NCBI GenBank assembly: GCA_039630345.1
Contig: JBCNVD010000027.1
Span: 1-30,727 of the forward strand
Direction of reading: 5' to 3'
Source of the DNA: Aquificaceae bacterium
GTDB lineage: Bacteria; Aquificota; Aquificia; Aquificales; Aquificaceae
DNA: 30,727 bases
Below, in pieces: positions 1 through 8,374 of this stretch (the first letter of the stretch is position 1; each line of letters opens with the position of its first letter). Both the position numbers and the translations under genes were made by a program. The notes under the pieces are model-generated. The model saw nothing but the letters and a program-made list of their open reading frames with translations. It had not been told where the DNA came from and did not search any database.

Positions 1-1
1 G

Positions 2-280
2 GAGGTTTTGCAAAAGCGTGGCTATTCTATAGAAGATGTTAGCTTGGTGATTCCGCATCAGGCAAATGCAAGGATAATAACTGCACTTGCCCAACGGCTT
101 GGCCTAAGCGAGGATAAGGTATTTGTAAACATAGACAGATATGGAAACACCAGCGCTGCCTCGATACCTATTGCCATATTTGAAGCGCTTGATAGAGGTC
201 TCATAAAAAGCGGGAGTTTGGTGTTGCTAACTGCTATGGGAGGGGGGCTAACTTGGGGTGCGACGCTATTTAAATTCTGA
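2..280 (+). CDS. fabH: 3-oxoacyl-ACP synthase III (FabH), C-terminal part; gene starts before the window
   Basis: The frame is open from base 2. It contains the FabH motifs [20 protein letters not shown] and MGGGLTWGA. Confidence 0.95.
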   Translation, partial: EVLQKRGYSIEDVSLVIPHQANARIITALAQRLGLSEDKVFVNIDRYGNTSAASIPIAIFEALDRGLIKSGSLVLLTAMGGGLTWGATLFKF

Positions 281-285
281 AAGCT

Positions 286-315
286 TTGCTGTCAGGCTTA
301 TACAGGCTATATTAT
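286..315 (+). promoter_or_regulatory. Putative sigma70 promoter for the CZB gene
   Basis: TTGCTG at 286-291 with TATATT at 308-313 (16-bp spacer) or TATTAT at 310-315 (18-bp spacer). Confidence 0.35.
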
Positions 316-337
316 TCTACATAAAATCTACATAAAA
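316..337. repeat. Perfect tandem direct repeat TCTACATAAAA x2 (11-bp period), possible regulator binding site
   Basis: 316-326 and 327-337 are identical. CAGGCT is also repeated at 293-298 and 303-308. Confidence 0.7.
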
Positions 338-360
338 TATATTTAAATTAAAGTTAATAA

Positions 361-367
361 AGGAGGT
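361..367 (+). promoter_or_regulatory. Shine-Dalgarno site (AGGAGGT) for the CZB gene
   Basis: AGGAGGT lies 5 nt upstream of the ATG at 373. Confidence 0.85.
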
Positions 368-372
368 AAGCC

Positions 373-747
373 ATGAGAGCATCAATCCTTGATCTTTTAA
401 GAGAGATAGATGTGTATCTTTCACAGCACGCTCTTTATATCTCAAACCTCAGAAAAGCCATAAAAGAGCGAAAACCCTTTCAACATAAAACCTGTAGGGA
501 GTGTAACTTCGGTCTTAGCTTCTACTCAAACCTCTACCCTCATATAGATGAGCTTGACCCGGAGCTTAAAAAACTAGTGCTGGAAGTAGAAAAAATCCAT
601 TTCACTTTTCATGAAATAGCCCACGAGATTGACACTACAAACCCGAGGGAAGAGGATCTAAGTAAAATCGAGGAGATGGAAAAGTTATCAAAAGAACTGA
701 TGCAAAAACTTCTACTTTTTAAAAGAAGTTGTAAAGTCTTAAGTTAG
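373..747 (+). CDS. Stand-alone CZB (chemoreceptor zinc-binding) domain protein
   Basis: It shows the 3His/1Cys CZB pattern: H19 (SQHALY), C44 (ECNFG), H76 and H80 (IHFTFH). The sequence is helical and has a strong SD. Confidence 0.8.
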   Translation: MRASILDLLREIDVYLSQHALYISNLRKAIKERKPFQHKTCRECNFGLSFYSNLYPHIDELDPELKKLVLEVEKIHFTFHEIAHEIDTTNPREEDLSKIEEMEKLSKELMQKLLLFKRSCKVLS

Positions 748-1362
748 TCTAAACAGGTAAAAGGCTAAAAATAGGCAGGAGACAAAGACTATTATTCCAT
801 AAATACTATAGAGAAATGTGTTTGTTCTGTATTTACCCGAGTCTACATGCTTGACCGCTCTTAAGAGGTTAAAAAAGCCAAAAGCAAGTGTTAGAAGCCC
901 TATAAAGACCACTAAAATTCCTATCTTTGCCAGTGGTTTATGTTCATGTGGTAGGTTTATTCTAAATACTTTCTCAAGTTGCACGAGAAAAAACTCAAAC
1001 CTCTCTATAACAAAGCCGAATATTATTAAAGCTATAGAAGTCCTTATCCAGGCAAGAAATGTCCTCTCTGCTGCCATATAAATGCGAGGGTCAGTGACCT
1101 CTCTGGGCTCTACATCTATGCCGGAATCGATGCGCTTTATGCTCTTTCTAAAATATATAATGCCAGCTATTGTTATAAAAAGACCCAGAGTTATAGACAG
1201 AAAGATTAGTATATTCATCGCATTCCCTTCTGGAAGAAATATTTTTAGCTTTTCAAAGTATACAGACAGTGAGATAGTATACACGCTGGTTTTTATATAG
1301 CCAAGATATGTGCGCTCTATTGACATGTAGATTCTTGCGTCTTTTGCTGACTTTATACGCAT
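739..1362 (-). CDS. YidH/DUF202 family membrane protein with two tandem DUF202 units
   Basis: RIYMAAERTFLAWIRTSIALIIFGF is the DUF202 signature. A degenerate N-terminal copy reads RIYMSIERTYLGYIKTS. There are several TM helices. Confidence 0.8.
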   Translation of the reverse strand: MRIKSAKDARIYMSIERTYLGYIKTSVYTISLSVYFEKLKIFLPEGNAMNILIFLSITLGLFITIAGIIYFRKSIKRIDSGIDVEPREVTDPRIYMAAERTFLAWIRTSIALIIFGFVIERFEFFLVQLEKVFRINLPHEHKPLAKIGILVVFIGLLTLAFGFFNLLRAVKHVDSGKYRTNTFLYSIYGIIVFVSCLFLAFYLFRLT

Positions 1363-2100
1363 TTAGAATATAAGAGCTGTAAGGAAGTAATCCGAGACCA
1401 AAATCAGCATTGAGGATGTTACAACGCTATTTGTGGTGGCACGACCAACGCCTTCTGTGCCTCCCTGTGCATAGAAACCAAAATAACAACTGACAGAACT
1501 TAGGATAAAACCAAAAAATATAGACTTGTAGACTCCTCCAAGAAAGTCATGAAACTGTGCAAGCTCACGCATACGGGCCCAAAAGAGGCTGTTATCTACA
1601 TCAAAGAGTTTTACAGCAACCAACCAGCCGCCGAAAATACCTGCTATATCTGCCAGTATTACAAGAAGTGGCACTCCAACTACCCCTGCGAATAGTCTCG
1701 GAGCTATGAGAAAGCTCTTTGGATTTATGCCCATAACCTCAAGGGCGTCTATTTGCTCGGTTATTCTCATTGTGCCTATGCTTGCACTCATGGCAGAGCC
1801 TACCCGAGCAACTACCATTAGAGAAGTCAAAACAGGACCTATTTCCCTCCCCATAGAGATAGCTACCAAAGCTCCTATGAGTGCTTCCGCGTTGAATCTA
1901 CTAAAGGTGCTATAGGCTTGAAGTGCAAGAACCCCTCCTGAGAAGAGCGCTACTATCAAAACTACAGGCAGGCTGTCAAATGCCAAAGAAGCCAGCTGTC
2001 TGGTAAAGTGTATCGCCCTCGGTGGGCTTTTGAAAAGATAGTATAAACCCCACAGGGTCAGGATTGTTGCTCTACCTATGGATTCAAGCCAGTTTGTCAC
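1363..2100 (-). CDS. mlaE: MlaE family ABC transporter permease
   Basis: Motifs REIGPVLTSLMVVARVGSAM, MRITEQIDALEVMG and GVGRATTNSVV. Confidence 0.92.
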   Translation of the reverse strand: MTNWLESIGRATILTLWGLYYLFKSPPRAIHFTRQLASLAFDSLPVVLIVALFSGGVLALQAYSTFSRFNAEALIGALVAISMGREIGPVLTSLMVVARVGSAMSASIGTMRITEQIDALEVMGINPKSFLIAPRLFAGVVGVPLLVILADIAGIFGGWLVAVKLFDVDNSLFWARMRELAQFHDFLGGVYKSIFFGFILSSVSCYFGFYAQGGTEGVGRATTNSVVTSSMLILVSDYFLTALIF

Positions 2101-2111
2101 TTTCCTAGTAT

Positions 2112-2136
2112 AAATCGCGCGAAGCGCGGATTTGAG
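2112..2136 (+). repeat. GC-rich hairpin AAATCGCGC-GAA-GCGCGGATTT followed by GAG; member of a dispersed family
   Basis: Inverted repeat with a one-base bulge in the divergent mlaE/ccsA gap. A near copy lies at 12225-12250 on the minus strand. Confidence 0.6.
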
Positions 2137-2153
2137 TATTATATTTTAACTTA

Positions 2154-3050
2154 ATGAGGGCAATACAGGCTCAGAGAGTGCCTGCTATTTGGGTGATTTT
2201 TTTGCTAGGGCCGGTCTTTGCCCTTACAGGCGCTGATAATGTGTTCTGGTATAAGTCCGCAATGGCTTTATATGCCCTGAGTGCTTTGCTCTTTGTAGTT
2301 AGCGCGGTTTTTCGTGAGAAGCTCTTAGAATCTGTGGCTTTTATGAGTCTTTATTTTGGGCTTGGTCTGAACCTCGCGGGAATGATAAGAAGGGGTATTC
2401 AAACCTTTGAGATGGGGGCTTTCCATCCACCATGGAGTAACCTTTTTGAAGCTCTTACTTTCTGGAGCTTTGCCACAGGGATGATATTTTTATTTCTACA
2501 TCAAAAGTACAGAATAAACGCCCTGGGAGCTTTTATAGTCCCTATAGTTTTTGGCTTTAGCGCCTTTGCAATCAGTTATGCCTCTTCGGAGATTACTCCT
2601 CTTGTGCCTGCTTTGAGAAGTTACTGGCTTTATTTCCATGTCATAACTGCCTTTACAGGGTATGCGGGCTTTACCCTGGCTTTTGGCGGTGCTTTGCTAT
2701 TGCTTTTTAAAAAGAGATACCCCTCTTTGGCTCTGCCGTCGCAAGAGGTTCTGGATAGCTTTACTTACAAAGCAGTGGTAATAGTATTTCCAATCTGGAC
2801 TGCGTCCATAATGCTTGGTTCTATATGGGCAAACGAAGCCTGGGGCGGATACTGGAGCTGGGACCCAAAAGAAGTCTGGTCTTTGATAGTTTGGCTATTT
2901 TTTGGGGCTTATTTGCACCTGAGGCAAATACTTGGCTGGAGAGGGGCTCGCTCTGCCTGGGTTGTCGTATTTGGCTTTGTGAGCGTTCTTATATGCTTTT
3001 TTGCCGTTAACCTGTTTTTCCCCGGGCTTCATAGTTACGCAACAGATTAA
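2154..3050 (+). CDS. ccsA: System II cytochrome c biogenesis protein CcsA/ResC (also annotated CcsB)
   Basis: WWD motif WANEAWGGYWSWDPKEVWSLIVW, plus PALRSYWLYFHV and a C-terminal GLHSYA. Confidence 0.93.
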   Translation: MRAIQAQRVPAIWVIFLLGPVFALTGADNVFWYKSAMALYALSALLFVVSAVFREKLLESVAFMSLYFGLGLNLAGMIRRGIQTFEMGAFHPPWSNLFEALTFWSFATGMIFLFLHQKYRINALGAFIVPIVFGFSAFAISYASSEITPLVPALRSYWLYFHVITAFTGYAGFTLAFGGALLLLFKKRYPSLALPSQEVLDSFTYKAVVIVFPIWTASIMLGSIWANEAWGGYWSWDPKEVWSLIVWLFFGAYLHLRQILGWRGARSAWVVVFGFVSVLICFFAVNLFFPGLHSYATD

Positions 3051-4264
3051 CCCGCTAAAATTCCTGATTCTGACTTTGCCTCATCAAGGGCGCTCTTTAA
3101 AAGTTCTGGGGAGGAATCCACTATTTTCGCGACTCTATGGATTGTTTTGGCATCTGTGTTATCTTCAAGGAGTTCTACCATCGATAGTATGAAGCCAAGG
3201 GGAGTGAGTCTGTCTTCAAATGCTACGACTATGTCCCTGTCGAGTCCGAGACTTCTTGCAACATCTGCAGGTCTTTGACCAAGGACCTCTAAAGAGAGCG
3301 AAAAAAGCCCCATTAAGTAAGCCTTCTCGCTAAGCTCTTTTTTGAAGATCTGTGCGAGTTTTTCGGCAAGACTAGCTCTAAATAGAGACCTTTGCCAAAG
3401 AGCGTTGCTCTTTTCCTGAAGGAAAAAATCAGACATCGCAAGAACCAGTGCAAATTTCACAATGTTTTCTATCCCCAGGATGCTAACCGCTTCTTCTACG
3501 CTGGTTATGGTTTTGTTATTGTCCTGGTAAAGGGCGTTTACAAACCTCAGAAGCTTATATGTTGCCCCAAGGTCTTTTTCCACTGCCTGAATTATCCACT
3601 TTGTGTTGTCTGATTTTATACCTTCGTATATTTGAATGATTGTGGAGCGCAAAAAGCTCATTGTTCTTGCGTCTTTTACGATGATTGGTTTTGCGAGAAA
3701 AACTCCCTGAAAGAAGTCCGCTTCTAATTTCTGAGCATACTCATAATCTTCTGTGGTTTCTATGTTTTTTATTATTACTCCCTTTTTTAATTCTTTTAAG
3801 ATAGAAACAACTTCGAATAGCTCTTCCTGTTTGTAAGGGTTGTTTTTTAGATCTATTTTAACCAACTGTGCTTTTGAAAGTATCGGAAGATAGTCTATAC
3901 GTTCAAATCCAAAGTCGTCTATACAGAGTGTAAATCCGCATTTGAATAGCTTTTTCAATGATTCGAAAAGATTTTCGCTGTCAGATATCCTGTGTTCTAC
4001 TAGCTCTATGCCAACAAATTTCTGAGGTAAAAGGTCAAACATAAGAGCTTCCAAAAATATTGCAGGGACATTGATAAATACCATCTTCCCGTTGCCTACC
4101 TTTTCCGGACCAAGTTCCAAAATAAGGTCTGTGACTATACTTGTTGCTTTTAATGGGTCTATTCCTGCTGGATACCTACCAAGTATCCTGTCTTGCAAAA
4201 ATAGTTCATAAAAACATATTTCGCCTTGTCTATCAAATATCGGTTGCCTTGCAACAACCCTCAT
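3047..4264 (-). CDS. EAL + HDOD domain protein (YuxH/PdeH-like), degenerate EAL
   Basis: ARQPIFD...YELF, FINV, DDFG, KID and FQG..AKP motifs, then HDOD-type D...YKLLRFVN...ITSVEEAVSILG and AYLMGLFS. Confidence 0.88.
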   Translation of the reverse strand: MRVVARQPIFDRQGEICFYELFLQDRILGRYPAGIDPLKATSIVTDLILELGPEKVGNGKMVFINVPAIFLEALMFDLLPQKFVGIELVEHRISDSENLFESLKKLFKCGFTLCIDDFGFERIDYLPILSKAQLVKIDLKNNPYKQEELFEVVSILKELKKGVIIKNIETTEDYEYAQKLEADFFQGVFLAKPIIVKDARTMSFLRSTIIQIYEGIKSDNTKWIIQAVEKDLGATYKLLRFVNALYQDNNKTITSVEEAVSILGIENIVKFALVLAMSDFFLQEKSNALWQRSLFRASLAEKLAQIFKKELSEKAYLMGLFSLSLEVLGQRPADVARSLGLDRDIVVAFEDRLTPLGFILSMVELLEDNTDAKTIHRVAKIVDSSPELLKSALDEAKSESGILAG

Positions 4265-4875
4265 TGTAAGTCATTATAAAGACGCTTCAAAAGACTGTCT
4301 AAACTCGATATATTTTCAACAGCGTTTATCACCAGCTTTGACAGAATGTCAATCTCTACATTCACGCTTTGACCTACCTTCTTCTGATGCAAGTTAGTGC
4401 TTTTATATGTATGTGGGATTATGGTAAAAGAAAGTTCTGAATCGCCAACAGAGTTAATGGTAAGGCTTATACCATCGATTGCCACAGAGCCTTTGTATAC
4501 GAAGAACTTTTTAAACTCCCTCGGGTATGAGATTTTAAATACCCACTCATTAAGAAGGTTTTGAATATCTAATATCTTTGCTCTGAAATCAACATGACCC
4601 TGAACGAAGTGTCCGCCAAGTCTGTCTCCTAGCTTTATAGCTCTCTCTAGGTTTACTAAATCCCCGCGCTTTAGCTCTGAGAGATTGCTCCTTTTTAAGG
4701 TTTCGCTTGAGACATTAAAAGAGAGAGCGTTTGAATTTAAATCCATCACAGTCAGACATACGCCATTTACGCAGATGCTGTCTCCTATCTTTACATCCTC
4801 AAAGGGGTTTTCTACGCTGAGAGTTTGAGACATTTTTATAACCTTTGCGGTTGATTCAATCAGACCTGTAAACAT
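4261..4875 (-). CDS. ribE: Riboflavin synthase (alpha chain)
   Basis: N-terminal MFTGLIE, GDSICVNGVCLTV, VNLERA..LGGHFVQGHVD and KGSVAIDGISLT. Confidence 0.96.
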   Translation of the reverse strand: MFTGLIESTAKVIKMSQTLSVENPFEDVKIGDSICVNGVCLTVMDLNSNALSFNVSSETLKRSNLSELKRGDLVNLERAIKLGDRLGGHFVQGHVDFRAKILDIQNLLNEWVFKISYPREFKKFFVYKGSVAIDGISLTINSVGDSELSFTIIPHTYKSTNLHQKKVGQSVNVEIDILSKLVINAVENISSLDSLLKRLYNDLQ

Positions 4876-5564
4876 CTTATTTCCTCTATGTTAAAAACTG
4901 GACCATCTATGCAAACTCTTTTATAGCCAGAGATTGTTTCTATCACACATCCATAGCAAGCACCCCAGCCACATGCCATACGCGTTTGAATGAATATATC
5001 TCCACGTATATCAAAGCGTTTTTTTAGCTCTATTGCGAGCTCCAGTGGAATGCTTAGGTTAAAGTCCCTGTATTTTCGTGCATTTAGAATATCAAATAGC
5101 TCTTCTTTGTCTTTTAAAATGTTGGCTTTTAGCCCAAAGTAATTTAGTATTTCTGCATCTCCATCTTCTTTTAAGAAAAAGAGCTCTGAATTAGTATTTT
5201 GTTTTAGCCCTATGAGGGCTGATATTCTAACACCTGATGCCAGAAGAACCCTTTCTGGATTTAGGGGGAAGACACTTCTCCCAAGGGGCATCAAAGCTTT
5301 AAGACTATCTCCGGGTTTTAGTCTCGAGAGGGCAAAAGTGCCCTCTCCTGCTATTTTGTAAGTTATCACTAGTTTGTCATCAAGGTAGTTAAAAACAAAA
5401 GGCCTGCAGATGCTTTCGCCAAAACCCTGAAAGATTCTTAAAAATAAAAACTGACCCGGAAGAGGCTTTATCTTTTCACTCGGGTCTAGCTCAAGCACAT
5501 AGATATTTTTTGAAATGGGGAAGTTTTTAACAATTAAAGCTTTAACGACCTTTGGATAGCTCAT
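4860..5564 (-). CDS. pyrK: Dihydroorotate dehydrogenase B electron-transfer subunit (FAD/2Fe-2S), divergent
   Basis: PGQF, RPF, GEGT and the 2Fe-2S motif MACGWGACYGC...VCIDGPVF. The ATG at 5564 is preferred over the TTG at 5570. Confidence 0.78.
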   Translation of the reverse strand: MSYPKVVKALIVKNFPISKNIYVLELDPSEKIKPLPGQFLFLRIFQGFGESICRPFVFNYLDDKLVITYKIAGEGTFALSRLKPGDSLKALMPLGRSVFPLNPERVLLASGVRISALIGLKQNTNSELFFLKEDGDAEILNYFGLKANILKDKEELFDILNARKYRDFNLSIPLELAIELKKRFDIRGDIFIQTRMACGWGACYGCVIETISGYKRVCIDGPVFNIEEIRCLQV

Positions 5565-6498
5565 CGCCAAGGAGATTAAAAGACAAAACCAGCAAAAACA
5601 AAACTGCGCCGGGCGCTAGAATCCAGGGATGGGAAGTAATTAGTGAAATATTCCTTGCGTCTGATAGCATATTACCAAGACTTGGCTGGGGCTCTTGCAC
5701 ACCAAGGCCAAGAAAGCTCAGGGTAGCTTCTGCAAGAATAAAGCCAGTAAAAGCCAGCGTTGAAGAGACAAGAAGATAATATAAAACCCCCGGCAGGATA
5801 TGAACGCGTAAAGTATAAACTGGTCCTGCGCCAAAGGCGCGAGCGGCAAGCACAAACTCCTTTTCTCTTAAAGACAAAACCATTCCTCTTATGACCCTTG
5901 CAAGACCTGCCCAGCCAATAACTGACAGAATAAACACAACCGCCACAAACACCTTTTCGCTTGACATATTCAGAGGAAAAATCGAGCGAAGCGAAATCAT
6001 AAGATAAAATGTCGGTATTGCCATTAAAACCTCTGCAACTCTCATAAAAACAGCATCTATTTTTCCTCCATAATAGCCTGCAAGACCGCCAAAAAGAGCG
6101 CCAAAGAAGAATGTTGTTAAAACTCCAACTATCCCGACACTTAAAGATATTCTTGTTGCATATAAGAGCCTGCTGAAGATATCTCTTCCAAGGCGGTCAG
6201 TGCCAAGAATAAAAACCTTACACTCTTTTTTAACTGAAAATAGCTTTAGCCCATAGGGGGTTTTTTCTAAAAAATTTAACTTACAAAGAGTCCCGTTTGG
6301 AGAATACTTTCTAAACAGTGGGTCTTTGAGAGAGTATTGTTTTACTTTAAGGCCTTCTTCTGTTATGACTATACGGGTTGGGGGATGGAGAGGCGAGTCT
6401 CTGTGTTGAAGGTCATAAGGGTATGGTGCGATAAATGGGGAGAGCAAAGACAAAATAGCCACAAAAGACAAAATCCCGATAGGGACACCAAGTCTCAC
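5542..6498 (-). CDS. Peptide/nickel ABC transporter permease (OppC/DppC family)
   Basis: LGTDRLGRDIFSRLLYATRISL, an EAA-like loop EFVLAARAFGA, and EATLSFLGLG. Confidence 0.92.
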   Translation of the reverse strand: MRLGVPIGILSFVAILSLLSPFIAPYPYDLQHRDSPLHPPTRIVITEEGLKVKQYSLKDPLFRKYSPNGTLCKLNFLEKTPYGLKLFSVKKECKVFILGTDRLGRDIFSRLLYATRISLSVGIVGVLTTFFFGALFGGLAGYYGGKIDAVFMRVAEVLMAIPTFYLMISLRSIFPLNMSSEKVFVAVVFILSVIGWAGLARVIRGMVLSLREKEFVLAARAFGAGPVYTLRVHILPGVLYYLLVSSTLAFTGFILAEATLSFLGLGVQEPQPSLGNMLSDARNISLITSHPWILAPGAVLFLLVLSFNLLGDELSKGR

Positions 6499-6518
6499 CT
6501 GATATAAATTTTACTGCT

Positions 6519-7490
6519 ATGGAGCTAACTCTTAACTTTACCACGGACGAGGTTTTTGATGTTGCGATAATAGGTGCTGGTCCTGCGGGAGCTTCTGCGG
6601 CTCTTTATACTGCAAGAGGGGGCCTTTCCACCATAGTGCTTTACAGGGCAGAGGCTGATGGTGCTCTTGGGGTTACACAGCAGATTGAGAACTATCCCGG
6701 AATAAGAGGACCGCTTTCTGGGTATGAGCTTCTAAAACTTATGAGAGATCACGCCAAAGATTTTGGGGCAAAGTTTGTAAGGGGGAAGGTCATAGCAACA
6801 GAGTTAACCTCTGAGATAAAAAGGCTTTATACCCAGGATGGACGGGAGTTTAGAGCAAGGTCAGTGATTATTGCCTCAGGGGCGATGGAAAGAAGCAGTA
6901 AGCTAAATGGGGAGGAGGAGTTTTTGGGTCGCGGGGTTTCCTATTGCGGGGTTTGTGACGCGGCATTTTTCAAAAGCAGGCCCGTTGCGGTAATAGGTGA
7001 GGACGACTACGCTCTTGAAGAGACGCACTTTATATCCAGATTTGCAAGCAAGGTGTATCTGGTCGTGCCCTCTAGCAGGATAAAGGCCCCGAAAGAGGCA
7101 GTTGACGAGATTTTAAACGAAGGCGTTGAACTGCTTTTGCATCATAGAGTTTTGGAAATTCAGGGCGATCAAAGTGGGGTAAAGAGCCTTGCGCTTCAGG
7201 ATTTAAAAACCAGAGACAAAAAAGAGCTCTCTGTGGACGGGGTTTTTATATTTATGGGCGGAAATAAGCCATCTGTTGACTTTTTGATGAATCAGGTTGA
7301 GATGACAGGCCAGCATTGCATAGTTGTTAACGAAGAGATGATGACCTCAGTTCCTGGGGTTTTTGCAGCTGGGGATGTTCTTTGCACCAACATAAAGCAG
7401 GCGGTTATTGCGGCAGCGGATGGGGTTAAAGCCGCACTTGCGGTTGATAAATACCTAAACAAGAAAAGTAAGATTACATCCCAGTGGTAA
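6519..7490 (+). CDS. trxB: Thioredoxin reductase-like flavoprotein lacking canonical NADPH-binding motifs
   Basis: FAD motifs GAGPAG and TSVPGVFAAGD, IENYPG and the redox motif CGVCD are present. GEDDYA replaces GGGxxA and VPSSRIK replaces HRRxxxR. Confidence 0.88.
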   Translation: MELTLNFTTDEVFDVAIIGAGPAGASAALYTARGGLSTIVLYRAEADGALGVTQQIENYPGIRGPLSGYELLKLMRDHAKDFGAKFVRGKVIATELTSEIKRLYTQDGREFRARSVIIASGAMERSSKLNGEEEFLGRGVSYCGVCDAAFFKSRPVAVIGEDDYALEETHFISRFASKVYLVVPSSRIKAPKEAVDEILNEGVELLLHHRVLEIQGDQSGVKSLALQDLKTRDKKELSVDGVFIFMGGNKPSVDFLMNQVEMTGQHCIVVNEEMMTSVPGVFAAGDVLCTNIKQAVIAAADGVKAALAVDKYLNKKSKITSQW

Positions 7491-8374
7491 GCTCAAGGTC
7501 TTTGCTTGAGAGGTTCAGTCAGTTTATAGACCCTGAGGTTGAGGAAATTGCCAGAATTGCCACTTACTTAATACAGTCAGGCGGAAAAGCTTTAAGACCA
7601 ACTTTGCTGCTTATGACATGCGAGGGCTTTGGTTATGACCCATCTCTTGCTATAGAGCTTGCTGCGGGAATTGAGTTTATACATGTTGCTTCCTTGCTCC
7701 ATGACGATGTGGTTGATGGGGCAAGTTTAAGAAGAGGTAAAAAGAGCGCTAATTTGGTTTTTGGCAATCAATCGTGCGTGCTTGCAGGTGATTACCTTTA
7801 TGCCAAGGCACTTGAACTTTATGCAAACTTTGGAAACATAAAAGCGATAGAGATTTTAAGTAAAGCGGTTATGAAAATGTCTCAGGGACAGCTTTTGGAA
7901 CTTAGATCCATTGGCAAGATCCTGACAAAGGATGAATATTTCAGGATTATAGACCTGAAAACCGGGGCGCTTATTGCCAGCTCTTTGCAAATAGGGGCTT
8001 TGATAGCCAATCAGGAAAAGCACGAGCTTATATACAAAGCAGGAATTCATGTAGGCAGGGCTTTTCAGATAGTTGATGATGTTCTTGATTATGAGGGCAG
8101 TGAGTCAAAGTTTGGTAAAAAGGTGGGCTCTGATATCAAAGAGGGGAAGTGCACCTTGCCTTTAATATGCGCCGAAGGCGCGCTTGAGGATTTTTCCTTT
8201 CCAGTAAAAGACCCTGAGAGTTTGCGCCTGAAAGTAATAGAGCTGGGGGGCACCAAACTTGCCAGAAGTATAGCCAGAGAGGAGCTTTTGAAAGCCCTTG
8301 ATTTGCTCTCTGAGTTTAAAGAGCTTGAGAATTTAATAAGATTTCTTGAAGGGATTGTAGAGCGTGAAAATTAA
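7484..8374 (+). CDS. ispB: Polyprenyl diphosphate synthase (IspB-like)
   Basis: GGKALRP, the first DDxxD motif ([12 protein letters not shown]), the second (FQIVDDVLD) and [10 protein letters not shown]. Confidence 0.88.
   Translation: MVSSRSLLERFSQFIDPEVEEIARIATYLIQSGGKALRPTLLLMTCEGFGYDPSLAIELAAGIEFIHVASLLHDDVVDGASLRRGKKSANLVFGNQSCVLAGDYLYAKALELYANFGNIKAIEILSKAVMKMSQGQLLELRSIGKILTKDEYFRIIDLKTGALIASSLQIGALIANQEKHELIYKAGIHVGRAFQIVDDVLDYEGSESKFGKKVGSDIKEGKCTLPLICAEGALEDFSFPVKDPESLRLKVIELGGTKLARSIAREELLKALDLLSEFKELENLIRFLEGIVEREN

Noticed and set aside
818..1300. Plus-strand ORFs 818-1081 and 1082-1300 (and 1706-1915)
   Set aside because: They are antisense shadows of the DUF202 and mlaE genes, with no motifs or RBS.
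2112..2133. Hairpin as an intrinsic terminator
   Set aside because: It lies between divergent gene starts and lacks a proper U-tract. It was treated instead as a member of the hairpin family.
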